Source: Octopus bimaculoides
Taxonomy: Eukaryota
NCBI RefSeq assembly: GCF_001194135.2
Contig: NC_068996.1
Span: forward strand, 18,016,942 to 18,080,941
Reading direction: 5' to 3'
DNA: 64,000 nucleotides
A program made the translations under genes and the position numbers. Below, one piece after another: positions 24,365-38,613 of the stretch (position 1 is the first letter of the stretch; every line of letters starts with the position of its first letter). The notes under the pieces are model-generated. The model had not been told where the DNA came from. It made no database searches and worked only from the letters and a program-made list of their open reading frames with translations.

Positions 24365-25579
24365 CATGACAGAAGTAAATAGACACCTAGTAAAACATCG
24401 TTTTATGTTTATTTTAACTTGTAATGGTTTATATATTTTTTATTAATTGACATTTTTATATTTCAGGTTCTATATGTGACTGTGTAATCATGCCACATAC
24501 AAAAGAAGCCTTGGAGCTGCCCAAATTTCAAAGAGGCTATATTGAGAGGCAATCCAAAGGTGGACTTAGTCAATGTAAAATTGCAGAAAACCTTGGAATC
24601 CTGCCTTCTACAGTTAATAGAGTGAATGTGCAATTCACCAGAGAAGGTAAGAAGTCCATGTCACCTTGCCCAGGTCAACCAAAACCCTCTGATAGGATCC
24701 TTCACTTTGTTAAGAGAAGTGTGGAGGACAATCCTCATTTCAAGGCCTCTGACATAGCAGAACAAGTTTATGTCAGTCCCAGAACAGCTGCCAGGTATCT
24801 TCACAATCTTGGCTACTATGGCAGAGCAGCAAGTAGGAAGCCACTTCTTCGACCAGCCAATAACAAGTGGAGAAAAGATTAGGCCACTAGCATTTTGGGA
24901 CACTATCATATTTTCTGATGAGTCCAGATTCACTGTATTTTCTGCTAGTGGTCAAGCATGGGTCTGAAGACTCTGTGATCAAGAATTTGATGTGAAAAAA
25001 TTGCAGCCAACAATAAAACACGGCAGCTATTCTATGATGGTCTGAGGAGCAATTTGGAGCAATCGTCAGTTTGAGCTGGTAGAGTGTGAGGGAAACATAA
25101 GCTCAGATAAATATGCGTCCATATTGCAGAAAGAACTTCTCCAGTAGTGAAATGATTAAAGAAAACTATTTATTTATGGAAGATGGGGCTCCCTGTCATA
25201 CGGCTAAAAAAGACCCAAGATTGGTTGGAAGAGAATGACATTAAACATTTCCCATGGTCAAGCCAGTCACCAGATATGGATCCTATTGAACATCTCTGGG
25301 GCATAATAGACAAGACACTTCATAAAAAGTACAGGAAAGCATCCTCAAAGCCAAATCTTTTGAGATTACTGCATGAAACTTGACAAGAAATTTCTCAAGA
25401 GGATACTCATCATCTGATCAGTAGCATGCCTAATAGGGTCCTTGCATTGAAAACTACAAAGGGCATGTCTACTAAATATTAGATATTCACAATATAAAAT
25501 TAGTAAATAATTTGAATGCATAATTTCATATTTCAGTAAATTTTAACATTTATAAGGATGTCTATTTACTTCTGTCATG
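24365..25579 (+). mobile_element. Tc1-family (DD34E) transposon, transposase pseudogene
   Basis: 21-bp perfect TIR CATGACAGAAGTAAATAGACA. Motifs IIFSDESRF, FMEDGAPCH, WSSQSPDMDPIEHLW; stops and frameshifts. Confidence 0.93.
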
Positions 25580-25581
25580 TC

Positions 25582-25615
<34 letters not shown>

Positions 25616-25629
25616 AACACACACATGTG

Positions 25630-26890
25630 CAAGAGGGTGCTGAAAAGTTCCTGGATTTAAGGGCATTGCAAAAGAGCAGAGCTGTTACCTTTACAGGGGA
25701 AGTAGGACAACTATCTAGAAGGTATATGAAAAACCACGATGCTATACAATATATCTTTCTCTTTTTTGCAGAATTACAGTAGATTTTGGTAAAACTGAAG
25801 CATAGATGGACATGAAACTCCTATTTTTGCAAGACAAAGAAGCAATAGAAATCCATGGTAATATGAAGGAAATCTTGAAGGATGGCTGCTTGATCTTACT
25901 CTTCAGTGAAAATCTAGGTATCAAGGTTTCAGACTGGTCATTTTGAGGTCACAGATGAATCCCACCCAGGACAGCAACCCTCTGCAACCACAGAGGACAA
26001 AATCGACACTGTGCATGTCATGATTCTTGAGGACAGCCAGATTTCAGCTAAAGTCATAGCTGAGACTCTGGGGATTTCCAATGAAAAAGCCACATCATCC
26101 ACAACATCCACAACATTCTGGACATGAAAAAGCTTTCTGTAAAGTGGGTGCTAAAATGAGTGAATGCTGTTCAGAAGTGCTTCAGATTGATGACTTCAAA
26201 GTGATTTTGGATTGGTTTGCAGCAGGAGGGGCTGGTTTTATGGTTTGTTTGTTCACCATAGATTAAACTTGACTTCATCAGTTTGATCCCCAAACCAAGC
26301 AGCAATCAATGCAGTGGTCCTACAATGGTTTACCACATCATGAGAAGTTTTGGACCTAGAAGTCAGCTGAAAAGATTCTGGCTTCAGTGTTCTGAGACAA
26401 AGATGGAGTACTCTTTACAAAATACCTGCCAATGGGTAACACCATCAACACAGAAAACTACATGTTTCTGTTAGATGAACTGCATGAAGCTTTGAAGCAG
26501 CAACATCATGGAAAGCTGAACCATGGTGTTCTAGTTTTGCAGGACAATGCACCAGCACACAGCATATGAAACTCAATGGAAAATACGTAACTTTGGTTTC
26601 AAATTGGTAGACCACCCACCTTACTCTCCTGACTTTACTTCCTCCTACTATCACCTCTTTCCACAACAGAAGAAACATCTCAAGGGAATGAAATTTCACT
26701 CTAATTCAGAAGTGATCACTGCTACAGAGGCCTCATTGGAGGCCCAACCTTCTGAATTCTTTTTACAAGGTTTAGAAGAAGTGAAGAATCACTGCAATAA
26801 GTGGGAGGGGAATATGTTGAATAAAATTATAATTAATTGATCCTCCTATATTTTCTTTTACTCCAAGCCAGGAACATTTTAACCCCTACC
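25630..26890 (+). mobile_element. mariner (DD34D-type) transposon, decayed
   Basis: Degenerate TIR gggtgctgaaaagttcctgg. Motifs LQDNAPAH and HPPYSPDF..SYYHLF. Confidence 0.88.
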
Positions 26891-27362
26891 TAATATATAT
26901 ATATATATANNNNNNNNNNNNNNNNNNNNNNNNNNNNNNNNNNNNNNNNNNNNNNNNNNNNNNNNNNNNNNNNNNNNNNNNNNNNNNNNNNNNNNNNNNN
27001 NNNNNNNNNNNNNNNNNNNNNNNNNNNNNNNNNNNNNNNNNNNNNNNNNNNNNNNNNNNNNNNNNNNNNNNNNNNNNNNNNNNNNNNNNNNNNNNNNNNN
27101 NNNNNNNNNNNNNNNNNNNNNNNNNNNNNNNNNNNNNNNNNNNNNNNNNNNNNNNNNNNNNNNNNNNNNNNNNNNNNNNNNNNNNNNNNNNNNNNNNNNN
27201 NNNNNNNNNNNNNNNNNNNNNNNNNNNNNNNNNNNNNNNNNNNNNNNNNNNNNNNNNNNNNNNNNNNNNNNNNNNNNNNNNNNNNNNNNNNNNNNNNNNN
27301 NNNNNNNNNNNNNNNNNNNNNNNNNNNNNNNNNNNNNNNNNNNNNNNNNNNNNNNNNTATAT

Positions 27363-28652
27363 ATCAGGTTTAGTAAAATGTAAGCAACATTTTGAAACAT
27401 GAAATTCATCACAATATATTTCAACAATGTGGAAATTTTATTCAGCAAAGTACCATTACAATCAACACATTTTTTCAAATGATATACAAGTTTGTTTATT
27501 CCAGTAACATAAAAATCTGAAGTTCTGGAGCGGATGAACTCTTTGAATACACTTTCAGCATCAGTTTGATTTTTGAACTCTTTCTCTCACAGGAAATCAT
27601 TAAGGTGCTTGAAAATGTGGTAGTTGGTAGGAGAAAGGTCTGGGGAATAAGCTGGGTGAGGAAGAACTTCATAGCCAAGTTCACTCAACTTCTGGAGCAT
27701 CATTAGTCAAATGTGTGGTTGAGCATTGTCATGAAGAATGATTGGCCCTCTTCTGTTGAGTAGTCTGGGATGGAGGAGTGGCAGTTTTCCATTCATTTTG
27801 GCAATTTCATAGCAATATGTTTCTGTAGTAATGGTTTTTCCGGGTTTTAAGAAGTTATAGTGGATGAGTCCAGCAGTACACCACCAAACAGTCACCATAA
27901 CCTTCTTTTTTGAAGAGCTCGCATTTAGAAAAGTTTTTGATGCTTCATTTTGGTCCAACCACTATGAAGAACATTTTATATTATCGTGCAGTATCCACTT
28001 TTTATCACAAGTTACAATACAGTTGAGAAATGGATCGGTCTGGTTACAGAGAAGAAGCAACAAGCAAATTTCATATCTGTGCATTTTCTGATTTTCGTTC
28101 AAATTGTGTGGTACCCGTTTGTCGAGATATTTTGATTTTCTGATTGCATGCAAATGGTTGCAGACAGTTTTCTGGCTAACTTGAAGTTCTTTCACCAGTT
28201 CTCAAGTGGTTTTATGTGGATCTTTCTCAATGATGGTCTTTAATTGACCATCATCAATGACAGATGGGTGTCCACTATGCTCATGATCTTCAAGGCTCAT
28301 GTCTCCACTGTGAAATCGTTTAAACCATTTTTGAGCTGACCACTCAATGGTCAGTTCTTCACCAAACGTTTCGTTGATATCACCAGCAGTTTCAGCTGCT
28401 TTACGTTCCTTTTTGAAGTTGAATAGCAAAATTGCTCAAATATCGCACTTTGACAGTTCCACTTAAGTTGATTGTAACAACGGTGAAAAAAATATCAATG
28501 CTAATTTATTGATGCATTTAGGCAAGGCTTTGTCTGTATTATCAGACAATCGAGAAAAAAAAACCCATTTAAAAAAAATTCAAAACTCTGCAAAAATCCA
28601 GTACAAATTCTTCATGGTTCAAAACATTGCTTACTTTTTACTCAACCAGATA
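27363..28652 (-). mobile_element. mariner (Hsmar1/cecropia-like) transposon, decayed
   Basis: ~40-bp TIR tcaggtttagtaaaatgtaagcaacattttgaa. Motifs IVTCDKKW, VMVTVWW, LHDNAQPH, HPAYSPDLSPTNYH. Confidence 0.92.
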
Positions 28653-28656
28653 TATA

Positions 28657-29010
28657 AGGGTGCAAGGGGTATTTGAGGACAGTTTTGGTATGCAATAAAA
28701 CAACTATATTTCAGCATAAATAAATATGTATTTGAATAAACATTTGTGCAATTAGTCCTAATAATGATTTTTTAAGCAAATTATTCTATGAAATTGCCTT
28801 CGGCTTTGATGACTGCCTTCAATGCAGGACTGAAACTGCTGGCATGCTAACACTATATGGTCCTTATTCATTTTGGACATCACTTGGACATGGCGACCTT
28901 CAGTGAAGTTATGGTATTATGAGGATGATTATTAGTCTCCCTTTCAACTGCACTCTACATGTATTAGTCCAAGGGGTTCAAATCTGGCGAGTGGCTAGTG
29001 TTAGGAAGGA
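28657..29010 (-). mobile_element. 3' fragment of a maT/DD37D-like Tc1-mariner transposon
   Basis: SPDLNPLD*YM*SAVERETNNHPHNTITSLK. Confidence 0.7.
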
Positions 29011-29408
29011 TATCCAACCATAGAAACCAAANNNNNNNNNNNNNNNNNNNNNNNNNNNNNNNNNNNNNNNNNNNNNNNNNNNNNNNNNNNNNNNNNNNNN
29101 NNNNNNNNNNNNNNNNNNNNNNNNNNNNNNNNNNNNNNNNNNNNNNNNNNNNNNNNNNNNNNNNNNNNNNNNNNNNNNNNNNNNNNNNNNNNNNNNNNNN
29201 NNNNNNNNNNNNNNNNNNNNNNNNNNNNNNNNNNNNNNNNNNNNNNNNNNNNNNNNNNNNNNNNNNNNNNNNNNNNNNNNNNNNNNNNNNNNNNNNNNNN
29301 NNNNNNNNNNNNNNNNNNNNNNNNNNNGGAAGAGGTAGTAGGCCCAGGAAGACCTGGGATGAGGTGGTGAGGCATGACTGAACATTGGGCCTCACTGACG
29401 CGATGACT

Positions 29409-30037
29409 TCACCACCTCATCCCAGGTCTTTCTGGGTCTACCTCTTCCACAGGTTCCCTCAACCGCTAGGGTGTGGCACTTTTTCACACAGCTATCCTCA
29501 TCTATTCTTGCCACATGACCATACCACCGCAATCTTCTCTCTTGCACACCACAACAGATGCTTCTTAGGTCTAACTTTTCTCTCAAAGTACTTACACTCT
29601 GTCAAGTATGCACACTGACATCATGCATCCATTGGAGCATACTGGCTTCGTTTCTTGCGAGCTTACGCATGTCCTCGGCAGTCACAGCCTATGTTTTACT
29701 ACCATGTAGCATGGCTGTTCATACACATGCGTTATACAGTCTACCTTTTACTCTGAGCAAGAGGCCCTTTGTCACTAGCAGAGGTAAGAGCTCTCTGAAC
29801 TTTGCCCAGGCTATTCTTATTCTACCAGCTACACTTTCAGCGCACCCACCCCTGCTACTAACTTGCTCACCTAGATAGCGGAAGCTATCAACTACTTCTA
29901 GTTTTTCTCCCTGGAATGTGGCAAAGATTGTTTTCTGCACATTTTCAGTGTTTATTGCTCCTGAGCATCTGCCACATACAAAAACTATCTTGCTAGTTAG
30001 CCTTCCTTTGATATTGTTGCACCTCTTATGCGTCCAT
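29409..30037 (-). mobile_element. RTE-clade LINE 3' fragment
   Basis: VVDSFRYLG...AWAKFRELLPLL...RRLRWYGHVAR...GRGRPRKTWDEVV. An inverted plus-strand 3' piece lies at 29329-29408. Confidence 0.9.
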
Positions 30038-31384
30038 NNNNNNNNNNNNNNNNNNNNNNNNNNNNNNNNNNNNNNNNNNNNNNNNNNNNNNNNNNNNNNN
30101 NNNNNNNNNNNNNNNNNNNNNNNNNNNNNNNNNNNNNNNNNNNNNNNNNNNNNNNNNNNNNNNNNNNNNNNNNNNNNNNNNNNNNNNNNNNNNNNNNNNN
30201 NNNNNNNNNNNNNNNNNNNNNNNNNNNNNNNNNNNNNNNNNNNNNNNNNNNNNNNNNNNNNNNNNNNNNNNNNNNNNNNNNNNNNNNNNNNNNNNNNNNN
30301 NNNNNNNNNNNNNNNNNNNNNNNNNNNNNNNNNNNNNNNNNNNNNNNNNNNNNNNNNNNNNNNNNNTATATATATATATATATATATATATTCAAATATA
30401 TATATAAACACATATACACACACATAGGCATACACTCATGCAATATACAAATTTGAAAATAATATTTATGAATCCTAAATATACTATCATTCTATTTTTG
30501 GTCTAGTTTGGAATAGAAAAAATAATTAATGAATGGCACAAAATAAAAATTTAAAAAACTATAGAAGAAAATCAGGTAAGTCATAAATGACGTAAATTGT
30601 AAAGGACATAATATGACAGGAAATTTGGTTACTTGGGTATGTAGGCCAGTGGTCATGAATGTCAGGTAATAACTGAAAGAGTACAATTGTAAACACAAGT
30701 GACTGAGCTGGTGTTCCTCTGAAGAGTCTCAGGATTAATAGTACTCAACAAGGCACTTTACTAAGAGGTCAGGGAGGCTCTCCAGATCAAGCCACTACTT
30801 CTTTGCATTGAGAAGTTACAACTCTGGTAACATAACATTAAAGTTGCCTTCTCAAGTCATACTGACTCATAAGGGCCAGTTTCCCTGTTTCATGGCATAT
30901 ATATTCCCCACATGGATGGGATGCCAGTCTGTCGCAGGATTACTAATTTTTTAACCAGTTGAGTGGACTGGAGCAACATGAAATGAAATGTTTTGCTGAA
31001 GAGCACATGTTGCCTGGTCCAGGGAACAAAACCACAATCTTATGACCATGAGTCCAATACCCTAACCTCTAAGCCATGTGCCTCCACACAGCTCTGGTAC
31101 TATGGGCACATGATTAAAATGTCACAGATTCTTCCATCTAAGCCAACTGGTCACATGACTTAGAAATTGGCCAAGAATGAGATGGTTGGATGACAACCAT
31201 TGTCTAAGTTAGTTACACTTGGCAATCCAGCCAAAAAGTGTGATGATGTAATGATAGTAAGTCCTGATAGGACCCTATGGAGGACTCTATCCCCACAACC
31301 CTCTAAGAATTGTGAGTGGAGAAAATAGAGGGATAACTTACTCAAGCAGTAGTTTTCTTTAATGACTGAAGTTGTAACTTTTGT

Positions 31385-31900
31385 TAGGACCTTTGATATC
31401 AACCTGCCTGAGACTGCCTCTGATTCTATGGTACAAACCTCATGCTTTAAGTGATCTAAATTATAACCTTCCATGAAAATTTCACATTAATTTATGTTCT
31501 AAACATCAGCTCAATCATGACAAAGTTATTTTACTAAATTCTTCATTACTTTTAAAGCTATTGAAACAAAAACTGTATTTCAGTAGAAATATCGTAACTA
31601 AATGTTTGATCCTTTTAATACTGATCCACTTGAGACTGCTTTTGATCCTATGATGCAAACTTCTTGCTCTATAGTGCTCTAGATTTAAAACCTTCCATCA
31701 AAATTTCATGTTAATTTGCATTGCAAATATCAGTTTAATGAAAGTTATTTCACTAAATTCTTTATTATTTTCAGAATCAACTGAAATAAAGGCATTGTAT
31801 TTCAACAGAAATAACAAAAGGATTAAGTGTGTTTCAACATAAATATGATAACAAATGGATTAAGTGTGTTTCAACATAAGTATGATAACAAAAGGATTAA
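31385..31900. repeat. Two tandem ~220-bp copies of an interspersed repeat plus a short ~30-bp tandem
   Basis: gagactgc...aaccttcca..aaatttca...aaagttatttt.actaaattct occurs twice. Confidence 0.65.
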
Positions 31901-32359
31901 GGAAACACTCTTTGTAAGATTTTCAGCTGAATATAAGACTATTGTGAACCAATAGCTAAACCCATCCCACAGACCCTTCTCTATTGCACTCCAAAAAATA
32001 ATGTAGCCACAACTTATTGATCCTCACCAGCAAAACAAGTCTCAGATAAAGCAATAATATACATCCTGTACTTAGTAATTCTATAGAAAGTAAAGTAGTT
32101 TTACTTCAGGCAAATAGCTCTTATCACCACAGCTATATAATTTTAAATCTGGTGTTGATGTGTGAAACATCTATGCATTACCATCAAAAACTGCATTTTC
32201 ATGGACAATAATAAATGTCTCTTAATAAAGCTAAAGACACTGTCAGCACTAATATTTCTTCTAAAGCCAACAAAAGAATGACTTTTAACCTTTTAAATTC
32301 TCAAGCTTACTTTGAAAGAAACATGAGAATTGTATACATACATATATATACATATGTAT

Positions 32360-33525
32360 GTTTGTCCATCAACAAGGTCCATCTAGTTATCCTGCAGTTG
32401 GAGTGGTGGTTGAGCTTTGTGGGTGCATTGGTGAGTGATCAAGCCAAGCAACATTCAGAAGGTTCTCCAGCAGTATGGACAAGGAATGGTGGTTATAGCA
32501 GGGGATTTGATGGTGCTGGCTTTTCTGGGCTGCCTGTATTGCTTAGTTGCAGCAATCTTGTTGGTTTTGCAGGTTTTGTATCTCCTTACAGACAGTTGAC
32601 TACCATTTGCTTCTGTCCTTATCTATCTGCTTCTGTGTGACAGCAGATGCTAAAGATCTTTAGAGATGGCTTTTTAAAGTGTCTTTGAAGCATTTCTGGA
32701 AATGTTGGTCTTGTTGGGGTTTGCCACATAATAGTTTCTTAGGGTGCTGGTGGCTTGGCTTGCTAACTACATGACTTTCTCAGTGAAGCTATGACTACGT
32801 CAGTATAGTGCAGATGCTGGGCAGATTAGCATGGGGAAATACCTCAGTGTTTGGGATTTTGTCTTCCCACTTTATGCCAAGACCTTTTCTGAGGCAGACA
32901 GTATAGAAGCGATTCAGTTTCATTGCATCACATTGGGAGACCATCCACATTTTGCAGCCATATAATAGAGATCTGAGAACTATGACTTTGGTTTTTGTTT
33001 CTAGGGTAATACTTCTCTTGTTCTACATTTTCTTTCAGAGTTTGCCAAAGCAACACTTGTCTTCCTGAGTCTGGTGGTTATCTTATCATCAATAACATTT
33101 CTGGTAAGTGTGCCTCCAAAGTATGTAAATTTAACTACTACATTCAGTCACTGCTCATTGATGCTAATGGTGGGTTCTGTGTAAGGCTTTCCAGAAATTG
33201 ACTGATGCACTACTTCCAACTTCTTTGTACTGATCATGAAGTCAAAGTTATTACAAGCCTCAGAGGATTTGTCAACACTGAGCTGCATGTCAACTTTGGA
33301 GGCAGCATTGAGGGTAGTGTCATCAACAAACAACAAGACATTGATGATGTCTGTCAAGACCTTGGTGTTTGCTTGAAGTTTCCTGAGGTTAAAGAGTGAG
33401 CCATCAGTGCTGTATTTCATGCTGGTATCTGTATCCTCGAAGGCATCTGTCAGCATGGCAGAAAACACGAGACTGAAAAGAGTGGGAGTAGGGACACAAC
33501 CCTGCTTCACACCATCAAAAACAAA
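32360..33525 (-). mobile_element. RTE/BovB-like LINE, 5'-truncated, decayed
   Basis: GVKQGCVPTPTLFSL, LFNLRKLQANTKV, LLFVDD, FTYFG, terminal CPYC.RTF zinc motif. Confidence 0.9.
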
Positions 33526-33530
33526 AAAAT

Positions 33531-33589
<59 letters not shown>

Positions 33590-34283
33590 TGCTGGCTGAC
33601 TGGTCCAGTGCCGGTGGCATGTAAAAAGCACCATTCGAAGACCTGTTGAGGCAAGTGAAATTTGATGACTGGCACCCATGCCAACGTCGTCTCTCTCATT
33701 GGACATGAAACTCAGCTTGCGAAGACTTATTAGGGCNNNNNNNNNNNNNNNNNNNNNNNNNNNNNNNNNNNNNNNNNNNNNNNNNNNNNNNNNNNNNNNN
33801 NNNNNNNNNNNNNNNNNNNNNNNNNNNNNNNNNNNNNNNNNNNNNNNNNNNNNNNNNNNNNNNNNNNNNNNNNNNNNNNNNNNNNNNNNNNNNNNNNNNN
33901 NNNNNNNNNNNNNNNNNNNNNNNNNNNNNNNNNNNNNNNNNNNNNNNNNNNNNNNNNNNNNNNNNNNNNNNNNNNNNNNNNNNNNNNNNNNNNNNNNNNN
34001 NNNNNNNNNNNNNNNNNNNNNNNNNNNNNNNNNNNNNNNNNNNNNNNNNNNNNNNNNNNNNNNNNNNNNNNNNNNNNNNNNNNNNNNNNNNNNNNNNNNN
34101 NNNNNNNNNNNNNNNNNNNNNNNNNNNNNNNNNNNNNNNNNNNNNNNNNNNNNNNNNNNNNNNNNNNNNNNNNNNNNNNNNNNNNNNNNNNNNNNNNNNN
34201 NNNNNNNNNNNNNNNNNNNNNNNNNNNNTATATATATATATATATATATACATATATATCTATATGTGTAATGTGTGCATATA

Positions 34284-34329
<46 letters not shown>

Positions 34330-34336
34330 ATATATA

Positions 34337-34868
34337 ATTGAAGCTAGTATGCTTCGCTGGATGTGCAATGTCAGTGTGCATGTGCATGTACGACAGAGTG
34401 TAAGTGTCTTGAGAGAAAAACAGGTTATAAGAGGCATCAGATGTAGAGATGTGGTGTGCAAAAGAAACATCTGCGCTGATGAGATGCATATGGACAAAGA
34501 CAGCTGTGTAAAGAAGTGCTGATCTCCAACTGTAGAGTGAACCTGTGGAAGAGGTAGACTCAGGAAGACATGGAACAAGATAGTGAAGCACGACATACAA
34601 ATGTTTGGGCCTCACAGAGGCGATGGCAAGTGACTGAGACTTTTGGTGATAGGCTGTGCTTGAGAAGACTTATCAAGTCACTGGCACCTGTGTTGGTGAC
34701 ATGTAAAAATCACCCATAACAAAAACCACTCTTGGAACGGTTAGTGTAAGGAAGGGCTTCCAGCTGCAGAAACCATGCCAAATCAGACTGGAACCTGGTG
34801 CAGCTCTTCAGCTTACCAGTTCCAGTCAAACCATCTAACCTATGTCAGCATGGACATTAAACGATGAT
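34337..34868 (+). mobile_element. RTE LINE 3' fragment with tail
   Basis: EASMLRWMCNVSV...DKDSCVKKC; tail ggacattaaacgatgat. Confidence 0.85.
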
Positions 34869-34903
34869 AATATATATATGTGTAAATGTATATATATATA
34901 TAC

Positions 34904-34935
<32 letters not shown>

Positions 34936-36199
34936 GTATATATGTATGTATGCTAATTGAAATCATACATTGAAATCAAAGTGAGCTGAGTTTAACCCTA
35001 GGCATGGTGGATGCCACCGATGAGCATCAAAATGCGAAATTATTGATGATCTGGCTGTAGGGAGCTTGCCACCTTTGTCAGTCATTAAGATAATGCTTGC
35101 TGTGGCTATTGAGTTGTTTTGACTCTTATTTCTAGCAATACTGGTGCTGATTAGTGCCGTATATATTTCTGCCTATCATCATCATCATCATCATCATTTA
35201 ATGTTTGCTTTCCATGCTGGCATGGGTTTAATGATTTGACTAAGGACTGGCAAACCAGGAGAATGCACCAGACTACAATCTGATCTGGCAAGGTTTCTCC
35301 AGCTGGATGCCCTTCCTAACGCCAATCACACACTCAGTAAATATCATATGGTGACATGTGTTGGATGGTTTGACAGCAACCAGAAGACTGCAGTAAGACC
35401 TACTGTCTGCTTTGGCATGGTTTCTACTGCTGGATACCCTTCCTAATGCCAACAACTTTACAGAGTGGACTGGGTGCTTTTTATGTGGCACAAGCACCGG
35501 TGAAATCACCAAGGAACTTACAAGACAAAGATATCTTGATTAGGAGTGAGAGTTGTATTGAAGTGGGTGGTTTTGTGTCAGCCGATGAGATGTTAAATGT
35601 ATGATAGAGGGATAGAGGTAAGTGTCTTGCTATAGAGGAGATACATGGCTACCTCAGTTGGAAAAAGAGAAAGTTAGAGAAAAATAAGGAAACAGAGATT
35701 TAAAGAGATAGAAAGATAGATAGATAGATAGATAGACAGAGAGAGAGAGGGAGAGAGACAGAGAGAGGCTGTGGTGGAGATGCTGGGACATATCTCTTAG
35801 GTTACAGTGGGGATGAGTATAAGTGAAGTGGTACAGAGGATTGGACTGGGTGAATGAGCAGAGGGATAGAGGTGAAGTTTCATAAGGTGAAGAGAGATGG
35901 TTAGAGGTGGGGTAGAGGCAACTGTAGCAAGTGATGATGAGAAATATAGGAGTGCCTCAAAGAGGCTATGGCAGATATGTGAAGATACTGAGAGGGATAG
36001 TAGATAGGAGAGATGTTAAGAATGGAAGATTACAGCATCAAAGTACTACCATAGATAGAGAAGTGATGGGTGTTAGGTGATGAGATGTGGGGGAAATGCT
36101 TGATGGGGAAGAGAGTAGAGGTGGAGCAGAGCCCCACACGTACAAGCATTAGCAAGGTGGTTTTAGGATATCAGTTCTACTGTGGTGGACAGGTATTCT

Positions 36200-37600
36200 T
36201 AAGTGCAACGACAAACCAGTCATCTTGGTTCTTGTCATCACCTCCATAAGGCTTCTCCATCTTGAGATAAGCTTTCATCCCATGTCTTCTTGGATCTCCA
36301 TCTTTCACAAGTTTCATCTGATGAGAGAGGTGGCTGTAACTGTCCATATTTTATGTACAGCCATACTGATGTGAGACTTTGTAGAATATCAAGTCACCTA
36401 TCATGGTATTTGCTCACTCACCTCTTGACTTCTCCTACTGATGTCATAGGTACATCATATAGGATCAGCATCCGCATGTGTTTAGGTCGTAGTTCATGCT
36501 GGATGATAGAGGCCTTAAACTTATCTGGGATGCTTGATCCCCACTCTTTTGTCTTTTGCAGTCAAGCATTTGCTTATTTCTCAGTCATATATGAGATGCT
36601 TCCTGCTTCTGCCAGTAAAGAAGACATCATATCATTTCCCCATGAATTTCATTGGGCTCTCCTCAATAGAAGATATAACCTCAATTTACCCTGAACTTGG
36701 AGCTAGTCACCTGTGCATTTGAAACACCCGAAGAACTACCGTTCTGAATAAATGTATGAATCTGTTTATTCTTCACATCATCCTTTTAGATAGGACTAAG
36801 ATCTTGCCTTCAATACAGAAATGGTTTGGAACTGACTAATCTCAGGAGAATTTGCTTCCTTCAATATGAAGCAGCCTTCAGTTCTTTTCCGGGATGATGA
36901 TATGGTGCCTTTTACCTATACTCTCAATAAAAATTACCACAGCTTAATTAGGAATGTCAGGTATACAACTTGGTCCTGGTGCAAATGCAGTTCAAACTTT
37001 CCATACAACCTCTTGGACTTCTTTCTATGTTGATTCTTTTGTAATAAGCTCTTCTTTGGGAGTTCCTGTTTTGTTAATCATTAGGTCTGCAGTTAATATA
37101 TGTCTACAAAAAATCTTAGTGTGACTCTCTGTATGAAATTCTTCCATAATTCCTTTAAGGCTGACTAGTCTCTCAAACCTTGCTTCTACTAACAGCGTTT
37201 TAGTAACTTGGTATGGGTTCTTTGTAAAGTGAGCTTCCTTTGCTTGCTCCTTCTTCCTCACTGTCTGAGGCTTTTCTGCCCTTCTTAGCATGCACATTTC
37301 ATTCCAAAGACTTCTAAGCTTTCTTTCTCCTCAACACTTGTTCATTTGACTTGCTTATTGAATCTTAATTTCTCTACTCAGATACAAAATCTTTCTGTCC
37401 CTTCTTTTGAGCTTTGTGGGTACATCTGTAGTGGCCCTCCTTTCTTTGGTGTCAAAATATTCATTGGACATGTTGGAGACAATCACCTTTTGATTTGGTC
37501 CTGTTTGTGTGGCCTTCAGAACCTTGTCAAGATCCTGGTCTAGTTTGTCCCATGCTGTACAGTTATTAGCTGGAAGTTATTTTACTCTCCACATTTAACC
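36200..37600 (-). mobile_element. Highly decayed HERO/NeSL-like RLE non-LTR retrotransposon fragment
   Basis: KEQAKEAHFTKNPYQVTKTLL, and LILYDVPMTSV...VSKY...SLTSVWLYIKYGQLQPPLSS, resembling the HERO-type thumb LY..KLQLP.SSL as I recall it. Confidence 0.62.
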
Positions 37601-38415
37601 ATTGCATCTTCAAACTTCTCTGCATTAAGATCTGAAATGTAAGATCTTTTCTACCCTGATAATGAGGCTCAACTTATCCAATGTTGATTGCTTCCATTAC
37701 AGCATGTTGTGATGAACTACATCTACCAACATTATGATGGATCTCTGAGCCCCCAGTTATAACACCTTTCTTCCTCCACTTTAATTTTCTGTCGTTTGTA
37801 CTCTGTGTAAGTTGGATCTATTATTATAAATATCTATATATTTATACTTAAATATTCATTGTCTAAAACTCTCCACTTTTTGCTTTCACTTGTTTTTCAC
37901 ATGTACATATTTTGTTTTTCATACCCAAACTATTATATTTAATATATCTAAATTGTTTATCTGCATAACTTGGATCCATCTTACAGCTATTCTTTACCCC
38001 ATGGAATTAATCCCGAGCACTATTGTCTTCTATACTGAGAATCTCTAGATCTCACCTGTGGACTATAGGTTTTTTATTTTTTGGTTCCATCTATCAAACC
38101 CACTCACAAAGCTTTGGTCGACCCAGGGCTATAGTAGAAGACTGTTGCCCAAGGTGCCATGCCGCGAGACTGAACCCAGAACAATGTGGTGTGGTAGGGA
38201 AGCAAACTTACCACAGCCACACACGATGTATAAATGTATATGAATGCATATATATGTTTATAGTAATATATATATATATAAACGTACGCGTATGCACATA
38301 CATAAACATTTATAGATATGTGAACACATATTCATACACACACATACACAAGTTTGGTGGAAGAAACAGGAAATATACAAACGTATTATATATATATGCG
38401 CACGTGTATATATAC

Positions 38416-38452
<37 letters not shown>

Positions 38453-38600
38453 CACTCATATGTCAATGTACGATGTACGTACAAACATATATTTATGTAT
38501 AATTATACATACATACACACATATACATATATATATGTTTACGTGTATATTTTATTCTATTCTGTTTCATTCGTCGAATAATGTCAGAGTAGAAATGTAT

Positions 38601-38613
38601 GCGCGCATGCGCA
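38601..38613. promoter_or_regulatory. NRF1-type palindrome GCGCATGCGC in a locally CpG-rich patch (candidate promoter)
   Basis: gcgcgcatgcgca at 38601-38613, followed by CpG-rich sequence to ~38760. Confidence 0.45.

Noticed and set aside
24231-24403. Doubled left TIR of the Tc1
   Set aside because: Identical copies flank a 10-N spacer; assembly overlap.
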